A stretch of DNA of 64,000 nucleotides, from assembly GCF_018350175.1 (NCBI RefSeq), contig NC_058383.1, forward strand, positions 26,352,001 to 26,416,000, read 5' to 3'. This document shows positions 24,278 to 37,247 of the stretch, piece after piece. The notes under the pieces were generated by a model, which was not told the DNA's origin, searched no databases, and saw only the letters and a program-made list of their open reading frames with translations. The translations under genes were made by a program, and so were the position numbers. The DNA is from Felis catus (taxonomy: Eukaryota). How positions within the stretch are numbered: the first letter of the stretch is position 1; every line of letters starts with the position of its first letter.

Positions 24278-26989
24278 TGGGCCTCGCGCTTTCAGTGGGG
24301 TGAGAGGTCTGAAGGCAAGTCCAAGGAGTCAAGGTAACATGCCCACCGCACGCTCGGGGCTCTCTCTAGCGCATCCTCAGGAAAGCAGACCATGACGGTA
24401 GTGTGTGGGCCCAAGGAGACAATAATAGTACTCACCTTGTAAATAGAGTTGCGGGGATGAAATCATTAGTGTCATCACGAATCCATAGAACAGGGGCTGA
24501 CACACCATATGCACTGTTTTTCATATCGATAGTCGGTAGACATAAGACAACTTCCTTGTCTGCTGCCTACCTAAAGAAGTACCATTCAGATGCTGGAGGC
24601 AGACCTGCTGAAGCCCAGAGAGATGATGGGAAGGTCTCCAACATGGCGCCTCACACACCAGCTGGAGGGCCTAACTCCCCTACAAACACATTCACATGCA
24701 AAATATTTCTACTCCCAATCTTGTTGTCATATATCAGGGTCCGTGGAAGGGGGAATGGGTGAGACTTTTCCTTCTAAGAGAAGAAGTGATGTTGAGCTCT
24801 GAATGTCCGTCCTTTTTGCCACAGGCAGGCTCTGTGACCTTGGGCGCTCAACCTCCTAACCCCTCTGAGCCTCTAATTCTCTGTCTGCAAAATGGGGATA
24901 TAAACAGTACCTTCTCTGATAGGATTGTGGTGGGGATTGAGTCAAAAAATGTATATAAACTACTTTTCTCATTGCCTAGCTATAGGACTCAGGATTTGGT
25001 ATTGCTGATTTTTAATTACAATAACATTGTTATCTAAATTGTCCTTGTGACTGTCGGAAGGAAAAACATGGAGAAGAACGCGCTGTTTGAATAGCTGCTA
25101 TGAATCACAAAATGAAACCTCACCCTTAAGTCATGGATGAAACTTCTTAGAACCAAAGGGATGTTACAGTTGAAAAGGGCCTTAAAACCTAAATAGACAT
25201 ACTCGTTGTAAAAATGGGAAAACTGAGGCCCAGGGAAGGGATATGATTTACCTAGTTTTGAAGAAACATCTGAAACATTCAGAGAGAAAAAGAAACAAAA
25301 GGGAGTGCTATAGTTTGAGGAAGTTTTGCAAAGGTTGACAAGAGAATGGGTACCATCTTTGTTGGGGTGCGTCTGAGCTGGCCAGTGGGGAGGAGAGACA
25401 GGAGGAAACAGGGCCAGGGTGACTGCTTTGGGGCTTCTCTGAGGGGTGAGGTAACTCTTGAACATCTAGACAAAGTCTGGGGATCCCTCCGTGCTGAGGA
25501 ATTAGGGAGGACTGGAAAACAGCCCAGGATGGGTTTTGCTGGCTTCAGGCATTTTTTTTTTTCAGAAGTGGGGGAACAGCTCAACTCAGCACCCAACAGG
25601 TGGACTACAGGGTCTGTGACGAGGTGGGGCTCTGACCGTGACCTGAGAGCACCCCTGCACTGTGCTGTCAGCCTTGAGGCTGCACATGGGGTATCACCTT
25701 GGGAACCATACATGCAAAATGGGGAGCTGTTGAGATTTTTTTTTTCCTTTTAATTTGCAGTGTTTATGACACCCACACGCTAAGTCATCCAGCTTCCCTT
25801 CCAGACCGGCTGCCTTGGCAAACTCAGTTAACACCCCAAAGAGTTTAGCTCTTGGGGGGTAGAACAGCTTCATTTTCACAGCAAATATCAACATGTGAAA
25901 GCCTTAGCTTGCTCCTGACTCACTCAGGGCACCCAGATTTTGACTGGAGCAGTGGGCGATCTCCCTGCACCTCCCTGCCCCTCAGTCTCCCCAGCTGTAA
26001 AGTGGGCCAGTGATAGCAACTGCCTCAGAGCCGTGGTTCTCAATGGAGAAGGGTTGGATGCTGCTGCTGGGGGATGTGTGACAGTGTCTGGAGATAACTT
26101 TGGGTTGTCACAACTGGGGAAGGGACTGCTTGCTAATGGCATCCGGTGCTCAGAGGTGCTTCTGAACATCCCACAATGCTCAGAACAGCCCCACAACACA
26201 GAATGATCTGGTCCCGAATGTCACTAGTGCTAAGGGTGAGAAGCCTCACTCTAGAGAGTTGATAGGAGATTTCACAAGTTAATCCACATGATGTGCTTAG
26301 CCCTGGACCATGCATATGGTAGGTGCTTAATAAAGGGGCGTTACTCTCCATGCTCCTTCGAAGCCTGGTCCTTGAGCCCAGTGGGTGCCTCTCATCATGC
26401 TTTGGCTTTGCCAGAGTTCTTTGCCTCGCCTGAATTGCCATGGTGAGTGGTGCCACAGAGGCAGACAGATTTGTTGATAATTCTTTAGAGATAAGTTGAG
26501 CCTAAAATTCTAGGATGTGGAACATGCCAGGTGTACCCAAGCCCTGTCTGAGGATGGAACTGGACTTTGGTGGCTCATCTGTCTGCACAGAGGACCGTCC
26601 CCAGAGACAGAAGCATCAGGGTGCTTGAGATTTGTCAAGGCTAGGGAGAGAACACAGTGTGACTGACAGGTGACAGCACGTTGGTGGGCAAGGTGGCGGC
26701 TCTGCTCTATAACCATGGGGGAAAAGGGCACTAAAGGGGTTTTGTGTGAGTAAATCTTCCACTGACTGGACCCTCTCCCCTTTGACTTTAAAAAAGGCTT
26801 TAAAATTTTAACTGTGCTTAATAGAAAACTTTTCATACTTTCTTTGACCCGCTAACTGGAAAACTGAACTTTCTGACTGATTCGGAGTCATAGCTGTAAA
26901 AATAAATGGTTACAAAGTGAATATCCCTTGGCTGGATGAAGGAGTATAGGGTTGTTTGCCCGTTTACCAAGTGGCCCCCTTCTCCTGTA

Positions 26990-27413
26990 CCTTTTTTTTT
27001 ATAACTTTTTTTTTAAGTTTATGTATTTATTTGAGAGACACAGTGCGAATGGGGAAGGGGCAGAGAGAGAGAGAAAAAGAATCCCAAGCAGAGCCCAGCA
27101 CGGAGCTCGAACTCACAAAACCGTGAGACCATGACCTGATCCAAAACCAAGAGCCACCCAGGCTCTTAACCAAGGCTGAGCCACCCAGGTGCCCCTCCTG
27201 TAGTTTTTTTTTTTTAATGTTTATTTGTTTATTTTGAGAGAGAGTGTGTGTGAGCGAGTGGGGGAGGGGCAGAGAGCACAGAGAGAGAATCCCAAGCAAG
27301 TTCCACGCTCAGTGCAGAGCCCAACGCCGGGCTCAATCTCACGACTGCGAGATCACAACCTGAGCCCGTGTCTAGGGGCGGTCGCTTAACCGACTGAGCC
27401 ACCCAGGTGCCCC
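26990..27413 (-). mobile_element. Two tandem Can-SINEs
   Basis: Heads at about 27195 and 27413. Confidence 0.9.
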
Positions 27414-28959
27414 TCTGCTGTACTTTTTAAAGTTCTTATATCTGTCTGCTAGTCACAATCCACTAAATTAATTTAAATTACTGCACATGGGGAAATCAGA
27501 TGACCAAGCTTATTCGGAGTATGTCTAAATCCATGAAGAGGAAGTAGATTCTTAGAGAATATGTGAGGAGCCCTCTCTGTGGGTTTGACGCACGGGCTTG
27601 GAATCTGTTCTGACTATTGTGATGCCTTTGTGCTACCACCGTGCAGGTCATTGGAAAGTTGCTTTCAGATGACTAGGGTACGTCGTCCACTAATACTAGT
27701 GACTGTAGTAGAATGAGTCCCCAGAACAACCAGTAGGAATATTTGGGGATGCCTTACAACAACAATGCCAATTGTGATTATTCCTAAAGAGGAAGAAAGT
27801 AGGGATGTAGTTATGAAGAACTGGCTCCCTTCACAGGGTATTTGCTGCAAATATTCAAGTTTTGTCACAACGAGCTCAGTGACTTGGTTTCCTTATCTGT
27901 AAAATGGAGGGGTTGGGGTATCCAGCCCACTGTCTCTGGGCCCCTTTCTGGATTCTACGTGTATCTGGTCTTAAGTCCCTGTTTCTCCAATAACACGCTC
28001 CCTAGAATTCACAGTGGTGGCAAATCTTGATACTCTCCCAGGCCACTTTTTTATAATCGAAGTCATTAGTTTTATTCCACTCTGGCTTACTGTCATTTGC
28101 ATTTTAAATGTTCAATTTCTAAGAGACTGTTAAGATTGCCATAACTTTACCCAACGGTGTGCGAGTGCTGAAGCCTGCCAGTTAACTCAGATGGTCACGG
28201 CAGCTACTGTTTCCCCGTCAGAAAGGCTGAATCACTGAGGAGCGCATGCCTTTCAAGGGCCAAATGATTCACGGAGCCAAGTTACTTTGCAAAGTGGGAT
28301 AAGGAGCGTAGGATATTAGACTTCCTTTTAGTCTTCTTCCCCTTCTGGCGATTTAGATGTGGATTCTCTAATGGCAACTTGTTTTTCTCTTGTTTTCTTT
28401 CCAGAGCAATATGTACTTGGAAGAAGTGCAAACTGTACATACTTATATAATACAGAAGGCAAAAAGTTCCCTGTTTTCCCTCTCTAGAGAGAGCCACTCT
28501 CAACAGTTTGGTGAAATTCCTCCAGACTGTTTTCTATTCTATATATTAACACTTTTTTAACAAAAAAAGAGAGTGTGTTTATGTATACTATTTTGCATCT
28601 TCTTTTGTCTCCTAGCAATATGCCTTGGAGATTTCTCCATTTCATATATATATAGGTCTATCTCATTTTTAACAGTGACACTGGTTTCCATGGCATTATT
28701 ACATCAGGAATGATTTAATTAGTCTCCTCCAATCCTACTCTAGATGCCTCCCAAAGCTGATCTGAAGACAATGACTTGGGTTCAGGTAAACTATTAAGGA
28801 GGCGATCCCAGGAAGTATTGACAGGAAAGTGAGGAAGTGAGGCAGAAAAGGGAGGCAAGCCAATCGGGACATTTGGTAAGTGGATAACTGCAGCTTGGAA
28901 GGTCCCTAAGACCATGAAGTGATTGGCTGGAAGCATTCACCAACTTAGAAAAGCTATTA

Positions 28960-29152
28960 TTATTTTTTTTTTATGTTTATTTATTATTGAGAGAGAAAGA
29001 GTGTGAGCAGGGAAGGGGCAGAGAGGGAGGGAGACAGAAGATCTGAAGCGGGCTGTGCTGGCAGCAGTGAGCCCGATGTGGGGCTCAAACTCATGAGATC
29101 ATGACCTGAGCTGAAGTCGGATGCTCGGACTACTGAGCCACCGAGGTGGCCC
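28960..29152 (-). mobile_element. Can-SINE inserted in an LTR relic
   Basis: TSD tagaaaagctattat on both sides. Confidence 0.9.
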
Positions 29153-29654
29153 TAGAAAAGCTATTATACTCACGGTTATGGTTTATTACAGAAAAAGGAA
29201 ACAGACTCAAATCAGCAAAGGAAAGAGGCACACAGGGCAGAGTGCAGGAGAGACCAGACCAGAGTTTACAGTCGCCCTCTCCCAGTGGGGTTGTAAGGAC
29301 AGCACTTAATTGTCCCAGTTAAGTGGAAACACACTTGGAGGGTTGTCAACCAGAGAATTTCACTCAAGCCTTGATGTCTGGGATACTGATTAGGGGATCA
29401 GTCACATAGGCATCCCAGTGGCTGGCTGACCCTAGTCTCCAGCCCCTGCTATTGAGTGGCCCAAGCATTACGCCAGAAATCATAGTTAGCACAGACTGGC
29501 ATGGCCCAGGCAGAGGGCTCTAGGTGCTTGAGGTAGGACATGACCCACAGAGGCTTTGGGTGGCCTCTAGGGTGGGCCGAGGGGGTGAACAGAGGACCAC
29601 AACCTCAGCTACGTTTCTTCATGGACATTTTGATTATTTCCATTTTTCATTCTT

Positions 29655-29885
29655 TTTAAAATGTATTTATTTATTTTATTTTAGAGAGAGTGTGGGAGCA
29701 GGGGATGGGGGGTGGGAGGGAGAGAGAATGAATGAATGAATGAATGAGTGAATGAATGAATGAATCCCAAGCAGGCTCCATGCTCAGCACAGAGCCCAAC
29801 ATGGGGCGTGATCCCACGACCCTAGGATCCCAACCTGGGCTGAAATCGAGAGTCTGATGCTCAACTGACTGAGCCCAGATGCCCC
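29655..29885 (-). mobile_element. Can-SINE with internal (GAAT)n expansion
   Basis: (GAAT) run at about 29726-29765 inside the element. Confidence 0.88.
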
Positions 29886-29914
29886 TCCATTTTCCATTCT
29901 TATAATGCTCTAGA

Positions 29915-30330
29915 GCAAGAGTCAGCAAACTTTTCCAGAAAGGGCATGAGACAAACTACTTTCAGCTTTCTGGGCCACACAATCGTTTTTGCAGGTCCTC
30001 AGCTCTGCTACTGTAGTGTAATGACAGCCACAAACATTATGTAAACAAATGGATTTGACTGGGTTCCAATAAAACTTTATTTACAGGGGCACCTGCTGAC
30101 TCAGTCGGTTTAGTGTCTGACTCTTGATTTCATGTAGGTCAGGATCTCACAGTCATGAGATCAAGCCCTGCATCAGGTTCCTTGCAGGGTGTGGAGCCTG
30201 CCTAAGATTCTCTCTCTCCCTCTGCCCCTCCCCTGCTTGCATGCACTGGCACATGCTCGCTCTCTCAAAAAAATAAATAAAAATTTTATTTACAAAAACA
30301 GCTATTAGGCCAGATTTGGCTTAAAGGCTC
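29915..30330. mobile_element. MER58B-like relic interrupted by a Can-SINE (30086-30285, +)
   Basis: gtcagcaaactttt...gttccaataaaactttatttaca[SINE]aaaacag...ggccagatttgg. TSD taaaaYtttatttaca. Confidence 0.8.
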
Positions 30331-31634
30331 TAATATCCAGACATTATCCAATATCTAATATCCAGAATATACCCTTGTATGTATATCTTTGTCTGTGCAG
30401 ATAAATCTATGAGATAAATTCGTAGAAATAGAATTGCTGGATCACAAGTTACAACATTTTTATTTTGAGTAGATACTGTGAACCTCTCCTAAAAGTTGAA
30501 CCAACTTCCTCTTTCACCAACAGTGCATGGGAGTGTTTGAGATTTCCTTTCTTTATTAAAACCCCTTTTCCTTTCCCAAGGAAAATCTACATTCCATTTA
30601 CTAGGGTGTATCTGTATTTTCCTTCTTGAGCTTTGGAGAGGCAGAGGAAGGTAGAACATTCTGCCCCCAAGGAATGCCTGGAGTGGCCTCATGGTAGTTA
30701 TCTTGCTTTACCAAGGCCCACAGAGAAGGGCACTCTGGTAACTTGTTTTTGTTTGGTGATATCAAACCTTACACTGCCCACGAAGCATGGTTCAAAACAA
30801 TCCTGAGTGTTACCTTTTCAAAAAAAACATCAATGCATCAGAGAGCTCCTTAGTAATGTCTTATTAAGCAAAGATTCCAGGCCTGATTTCTCCCTTCTGT
30901 AAGGGATCTTCACGTAAACGAGATTACCCACGCATACTGAACACTTTACCAAGTTACAAAAAATATACGTGGTCCAATTTTCGTCCACGTTACTGACAGG
31001 TGCTGGACACTTGAGTGGTGCTAGACCTGACTGGTACAGGCTAGCCTCGTTCATCCTGGGCCTTTTTGGTATTTAGACAATGGATGGGGTTTTGGGGTTT
31101 TGTTTTTCCACTTTTCTTTTTTTCTTCCCATTTCCCCCCTCCCCAATTTTCATCATTTAGAATTCTTGGTATGAACCTCACAGGGGAGAACAGAGGCTCA
31201 TTAGCATTCAAGTTCTGTTTTTGGCTGCATATTTTAGCTGGTTTATTTGATAATCGGCATCCCTCCTGGGATCCAGCCCGCTTTTGCTCGGCTCATGCTG
31301 GGTGAATCTGTGATATTTCCCATTCTGCAGTCCTTCATTTATAACACAGACACAGCCTGCTTTCCCGTTAGCGAGATGGCATGCCCGGACTACCCACACG
31401 CAGATAAAGAATTAGGCAGAACTTGGCCGAGAAGATAAATCAAGCTAACTATCTCATTAGGCTTGAAAGACACAAATTAAGCTTGCATTAGAATTAACAG
31501 GGAAGCCTTCCAAAGAGACACACATTACAACAAGGGGTAGAAGACATTGCCATGGCCGTTTCTCTCAGGAAACTTGCCTTCATGGCCTGGAACAGAGGAA
31601 ACATAAAATCTCTTTTATAAAAGGTCCACAGACA

Positions 31635-32230
31635 GGGGCGCCTGGGTGGCTCAGTCAGTTGAGCGTGCGACTTTGACTCAGGTAGTGGTCTCGTGGTTGA
31701 TGAGTTCAAGCCCTACATCTGGCTCTGTGCTGACAGCTCAGAGCCTGGAGCCTGCTTCGGATTCCCCCTCTCTCTGCCCCTCTCCCGCTCATGCTGTGTC
31801 TCTCTCTATCTCAAAAATAAATAAACATTAAAAAAAAATTTTTTTTAAAGGTCCACAGACAGAAATCTGGGATCAAAATAGCAGGATAACATTCATCGAG
31901 TGCTTATCTAGGTACTGTGTGCTGAGAGCATTCTACACATTATCTCACTGAAACCTCACGGTGACTTGTGAGGTCAGGTACTATCACGATTACTGTTGTG
32001 GGGTACCTGGGCGGCCCAGGTGGTTAAGCGTCCGACTCGTGATTTTGGCTCAGGTCAAGATATCACACTTCGTGAGTTTGAGCCCCAGGTCGGGCTCTGT
32101 GCTAAGAGCATGGAGCCTGCTTGGAATTCTCTTTCTCCCTCTCTCTGCCCCTCCCTCCTGCTCACTCCCTTTCTCTCTTTTGAAATAAATAAACATTAAA
32201 AAATTCTTCCCCCCCCCCCCAAAAAAAAGG
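31635..32230 (+). mobile_element. Two Can-SINEs (31635-31845 and 31999-32230) with MIR-like sequence between
   Basis: The first has TSD aaaggtccacagacag. Confidence 0.9.
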
Positions 32231-32941
32231 TTCCTGTATCACCTAGGAGGAAACTGAGTCTCAGTCTGCATTTGTCCCAGGGTCCTAGAGCTGCCAAATG
32301 ATCGCCCAGGATGTCTGGCCAAGTGGCCCGCAGTGGTTCATCCAGCATGAACTGGCCCCCCAGGGGACATTGGCCCCACCTGGAGACACGTTGGGTTGTG
32401 ACAGCTCCTGGCATGTAGTGTGTAGAGGCTGGAGGCGCTGCTAACCATCCTGCAGGGCACAGGACAGCCCCCATGACAAAGAATTACCCGACCCAAATGT
32501 CAGCAATGCCACGAATGAGAAGCCCCGGGTTAAGTCCGCGGCCAGCCTCCAGTGACGGCTGACTGTCCCGCTAGAAGTCCCCAGCTGTAGTGCTCCGCAG
32601 ACGGTGGGGTGGGGCGACGGCCGTAAGTTTGAAGCTGCATGTTGGAGGGTATGCAGCTGTCTGGTGGAGCCACGACAAAGTCTGAGCGGCGGCAACACAC
32701 CTGGTGTGGTGAGGGCCACCTGGTGCTACGGGAGTGAAGGGACCACGAGAGGAGGGGATGAGGGACGGGGGGAGTTCTCACCGATAAGAGAAACAGATGG
32801 TGCCCGAAAGCAGGAGCCCGTGTCTGCAGCGGAGGGCTTGAGTGTAGACTAACAACCTCTGTCTTGTTCTTGCCCCCCTGTTCCGTTCTCCTCCTTCCTC
32901 GCGACCTCCGCCCTGCCACCCCCGCCCCTCTGGCTCCCCAG

Positions 32942-33138
32942 TGTTCGGCCACAACATGAAGAGCAGCAACGACTTCATCGGAAGAATTGTCATCGGCCAG
33001 TATTCTTCAGGCCCCTCCGAGTCCAACCACTGGCGACGGATGCTCAACACTCACCGCACTGCCGTGGAGCAGTGGCACAGCCTGAGGTCCCGGGCTGAGT
33101 GTGACCGTGTGTCCCCTGCCTCGCTGGAGGTGACCTGA
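32942..33138 (+). CDS. SYT17: Synaptotagmin-17, last coding exon (end of C2B, WHxL motif, stop)
   Basis: Long pyrimidine tract and cAG acceptor at 32940-32941. Translates (V)FGHNMKSSNDFIGRIVIGQYSSGPSESNHWRRMLNTHRTAVEQWHSLRSRAECDRVSPASLEVT* with TGA at 33136-33138. Recognised as the SYT17 C-terminus. Confidence 0.97.
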
Positions 33139-33257
33139 GGGCTGCAGGAAAAGCAGCTTTCGTTTGTTTAAAAAAAAAAAAAAAAAAAAAAGGGAAGAAA
33201 ATTTAAGACGGAAAAAAATGTGTCACATGCCTGTTACATCCACACTTACACACTCAC

Positions 33258-33258
<1 letters not shown>

Positions 33259-33304
<46 letters not shown>
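33259..33304. repeat. (AC)23 microsatellite in the SYT17 3'UTR
   Basis: Perfect dinucleotide run, read directly. Confidence 0.95.
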
Positions 33305-33307
<3 letters not shown>

Positions 33308-34306
33308 AAATCCTCTCAGAACAGAGAGGAAGCTGACTACTGAACACAAAATGGCTGCCCTCAATGAGCAAGGCCTGAGAACTTTCTGGAAACCCCATCT
33401 ATATGTCACAAGCTGACTGGGCTCTGCCGTGAGACTCATTGGCAGTGTTTGTTCCTGTTGATACCCCTGCCTCAAAATGCACTTTCCACCCTCAGGCCAG
33501 AGAAAGGGCCTCCTCAAGGGCGCCAGCCTCCTTTGAGACGAAATTCTGCAAGAGCGTGGCCACTGTGTGGGAGGCCCGACCCCCATGTCCAAAATGCACA
33601 CCCGCTGACTGGGTGACTTCTGAGCAGGCCGCTGATCCCTGGGGTTCTTCCAACCTGATACCTTTCCCCCAAAGTGTAAGTACTTTGCCTTCTCTTTAGT
33701 GGACGTGATAGATTAGACTATTTGGAGAAAACAAATGGCAACAAAAAATATTCCAGTGTAAGAAACTTCCCTGGCTTCACTGAATTTGTCCTTGTGTTAG
33801 CTTATTCCTGGGGACCCCCTGTGGGTACGTGTGTGGATGTTCTCACGTGGGTGCCCTCACAGGTGAACGTGTGTGTGTGTCCCCGTGTGTCCTCTTGGTG
33901 AGCACCTCCGTCCTGAGCTCTCCCTTCTCTCTGCCTCTCCCTGTGAAATTTCACCCAGTGTCCTCCCGTCTGTCAAGACCCCACCTTCAGTAACAGCATG
34001 TGCGTATGTCAAGTAAATAGAATATGATAGAGCAAAAGTAACCTTCTTTGACCGAATCCTGGTAACAGTGACACACAGAAGACCTGCAAAGGACAGTTAC
34101 GCAGATTAAAATGGCCACCACACCCCCTATCCAAGATGACTTCTTCCTTGTCATACTCCGAGGATCTCTCTGTGTTTGTGTGTGAACCAAAGTCATTTTT
34201 CTCATGCTAAGGAATTAGTGTAGTTAGGCTAGATCTCTCCCCGTTGGATGCTTCTGTATCTTTCCCACAGCCTATTGTCTGGCATAATGGGGAGCTATTT
34301 ATTGAA

Positions 34307-34312
34307 ATTAAA
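34307..34312 (+). terminator. Candidate SYT17 polyadenylation signal (ATTAAA)
   Basis: ATTAAA followed by T/GT-rich sequence. An alternative ATTAAA is at 34105. The first AATAAA is in a SINE tail at 34704. Confidence 0.35.
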
Positions 34313-34532
34313 GATTATTTATTTGTGCCATGCATTTGAGTTCTCTTTTCTTCATGAACACGGGGCATAAAGCGTGCGAGGGTGTTTTGGTTACTACTGC
34401 TGTGTAACAAACCATCCCAGCAATTCAGAGCACCGGTATCGCCTGGAGGTCAAGGACAAAAGGCAGGAGGGCTAGGTTAAGTTTCTTAGGAGGAAAAAAG
34501 AGCACTTTCCTTCTCTATTAAATGACTTCCTT

Positions 34533-34728
34533 GGGGCGCCTGGGTGGCTCAGTTGGTTAAATGTCTGACTCTTGGTTTCGGCTCAGGTCAGGATTTCACG
34601 GTTTATGGGTGTGAGCCCTGTGTCAGACTCCGTGCCCTCTCTCTTTCTCTCTCTCTCTCTCTCTCTGCCCCTCCCCTGCTCGCTGTCTACGTCTCTTTCT
34701 CAAAATAAATAAATAAACATTTTAAAAA
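34533..34728 (+). mobile_element. Can-SINE
   Basis: Head, (CT)n and an AATAAA-containing tail. Confidence 0.9.
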
Positions 34729-36130
34729 TGCATTGGAGAAATGAAGTGAAATGGCTTTCTTCCCATGGTTGTCCAGAAGAGGGTAAAAGCATGAGAGAAA
34801 CGGAGTGAGGGAAGGTGGGTACACAGCAGGCGTTCGGCACTAGAGATGAGGTGATAACCGTGTTCGGGCCCCTGGGCTTTGGAGCCATAGAAGCCACGGT
34901 TCAAATCGTGGGCCCACCGCTCCCTAGCCACGTGTCCTCCAAGCCTCACGACTTCTCTGGGCTTCGGTCCCCTCGTTGTCTTAGTTGAGATCACCTCAAA
35001 GGCAGACCTCGAAGCAAAGGCTTGGATGCAGCTTGGGCGCTGGGGTGGTGACCGCCCCGGAAGCCTAAGTGGAAGAGTAAGAGGAGAAAAGCTGATGAAG
35101 GCTGCATCGACCGGCACTGCGGGCAGCTGGGGCTCAGTCATGCTGGGGACCCCACAGAACACACTTGAGAACGATCGCGATAGGGAAACTGGAATATTTA
35201 ACTGCTGACCCTCATCCCTCAGGGCCCGAGGGTTGTCACTGGAGACCTTAAACATTTGGCACTTTAGGACGGTCCCGTGTGGGCTCAGAAAGCTTCAGTA
35301 GCACCAAGAAATCCTCAGGCAGAGAGAATGAGGGGCATGTGATCGGCCGGGTGTGTGGCCTACGGGCACCGCCAGCTGTCCTGTCTGAAATAGGGTGACA
35401 GTTCCCCCCCAGTACGGCTCATGCGAAGATCTGCCTGGACGATGCTTGCGCAGCCTAAGCATGCGGTGCGTGCTGGCTCTTCCCAGGAGGCATGCGTCAG
35501 ACGATGTTTGCTGGTGGACCGGAGGGGACGGTTGTAGGACGGATGTCAGAGCCGTCCACGTCTCCGAGGAGAGAGTTTGTCAGGGACGAGGGAAATGTGT
35601 TGGAAGGTGAAGGAATGGCTTGGTTTCTATAGAACTTGAGCCCCAGGTGCCCTGGCCAGGGCTCCCCATTTGTTTTCGTTAGCATCTTCCTCCTCCTCAG
35701 TGAGAAGGTGGGAAAGGAGATTCACGGGCCACCTACACACCCTCTTTGGGGCCTGGGGACCCAAGTTCAAGGGGAGGAGGTAGGGCAGGAGCAGTGCTGT
35801 GAAGTTTAGAAGGCGAGTCTGTTTTCCCACCCCCGGTCCTTGAGTCCTCTCGGCTCTTGGGACCCAGAGCCTCTTAGGATTTCAGCCCACCCCCTGGGAC
35901 TTGACATGTGCTGTGACCTGTGCCAGCCCTGCTCAGACATGATGAGTCCCGGGGCGCCAGGAAGGTCTATTTGGAGCACTGATAGGGGATTTTTTTCCAG
36001 AAAGCTGGGATCACTGCAGGGGAATGAAGAAAAGGATTCCTTTCCTTTCTGGGTGACCTGTCTTCTACTGCCAGTGGGGTACCTGCCCTTTTTCATGTTC
36101 AAAAAGACCATTTAAAATAACTCAGGAATT

Positions 36131-36480
36131 GGGGTGCCTGGCTGGCTCAGTAGGTAGAGCATGCAACTCTTGATCTTGGAGTTGTAGGTTTGACCCCACC
36201 GTGGGTGTAGAGATTACCTAAAAATAAAATCTTTTAAAAAAAAAAAATAGGGGCACCTGGGTGGCTCTGTCGGTTAAGCATCCGACTTCAGCTCAGGTCA
36301 TGATCTCACAGTTCACGGGTTTGAGCCCCACGTCAGACTCTGTGCTGACAGCTCAGAGCCTGGAGTCTGCTTTGGATTCTGTGTCTCCCTCTCTCTGCCC
36401 CTCCCCCATTTGTTCTCTCTCCCCTCTCTGTCTCTCTCTCTCAAAAATAAACACTAAAAAATATTTTTAAATAAATAAAA
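36131..36480 (+). mobile_element. Short old-type Can-SINE followed by a full Can-SINE
   Basis: 36131: ggggtgcctggctggctcagtaggtagagcatgcaactcttgatc...gggtgtagagattac. Second head at 36250. Confidence 0.9.
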
Positions 36481-36504
36481 GCTAAGAAACTAAAGGAGAT
36501 GGTT

Positions 36505-36588
36505 GATAGATGATAGGTAGGTAGATAGGAAGGAAAGAAGGAGGGAAGGAAGGAAGGAAGGGAGGGGAGGGGAGGGGAGGGGAGGGGA
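36505..36588. repeat. Compound (GATA/GGTA)(GGAA)(GGGGA)n purine repeat
   Basis: Read directly from the sequence. Confidence 0.9.
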
Positions 36589-36819
36589 CAATCTTCACTG
36601 AGTCCTCAGGTCACCATGAGCACAGTGTGTGTGAATGTGTGTATGAGTGGCTGGGGCGGGGGTGGGGCAGTAATGCCATCACACAATACATACAGCTTTA
36701 GGAAGACAAAATATATATACTATGTTATGATGAGATCTCTATTACAACCTCCAAATCACAGCAAAGATCGTATTTGTTAAGGAAATTACCTACCTTCTGG
36801 TCAGTATATTGAGGTCTAA

Positions 36820-37245
36820 AGCAGAGGTTGGCAAACTACTGTTTGGCAAACAAGCCCACTGCTCATTTTTGTAAATGAAGTTTTATTGGCATCCGACCAG
36901 GCCCGTTCCTAGTCTTTGGCACAGGTGAGTAGTTGTGACAGGGTCCCCGTGGCCTGCAAAGCCTGAAATACTTGCCCTGTGGCTCTTTACAGAAGTTGAA
37001 GTTATAGTAATGTAGGATGAGTAGGTCTAGAGAGCTAACGTACAGCATGATGCATATAGGTAAATAACACTGGACCGAATACCGAAATTTGCTAAGAGAG
37101 TAGATTTCAGGTGCTCTCATCACCAAAAAGAAGGTAACTATGTGAGGAGATGATAATTAGTTTGACTGTAGTATCATTTCACTGTGTATGTGTGTATCAG
37201 GTCATCACACTGCATACCTTAAATATATACAATTTAAAAAAAAAA
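36820..37245. mobile_element. MER58A-like relic (36820-36995) joined to an L1MA/MB-like 3' end (about 37000-37245, +)
   Basis: gcagaggttggcaaactac...gccctgtggctctttacagaa, then gaaatttgctaagagagtagattt...caccttaaatatatacaattt-like sequence and an A tail. Confidence 0.75.
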
Positions 37246-37247
37246 AT

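Larger units (their letters stand above)
1209..32941 (+). other. SYT17: SYT17 last intron (31,733 bp, GT-AG, phase 1)
   Basis: The spliced junction ACA G|TG TTC gives ...LVFT-VFGHN..., a continuous C2B strand, so no coding exon is needed in between. Confidence 0.92.
33139..34335 (+). other. SYT17: SYT17 3'UTR (3' end uncertain)
   Basis: Unique sequence after the stop, containing an A22 tract (33170-33191) and (AC)23. The end is guessed from ATTAAA at 34307. Confidence 0.5.
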
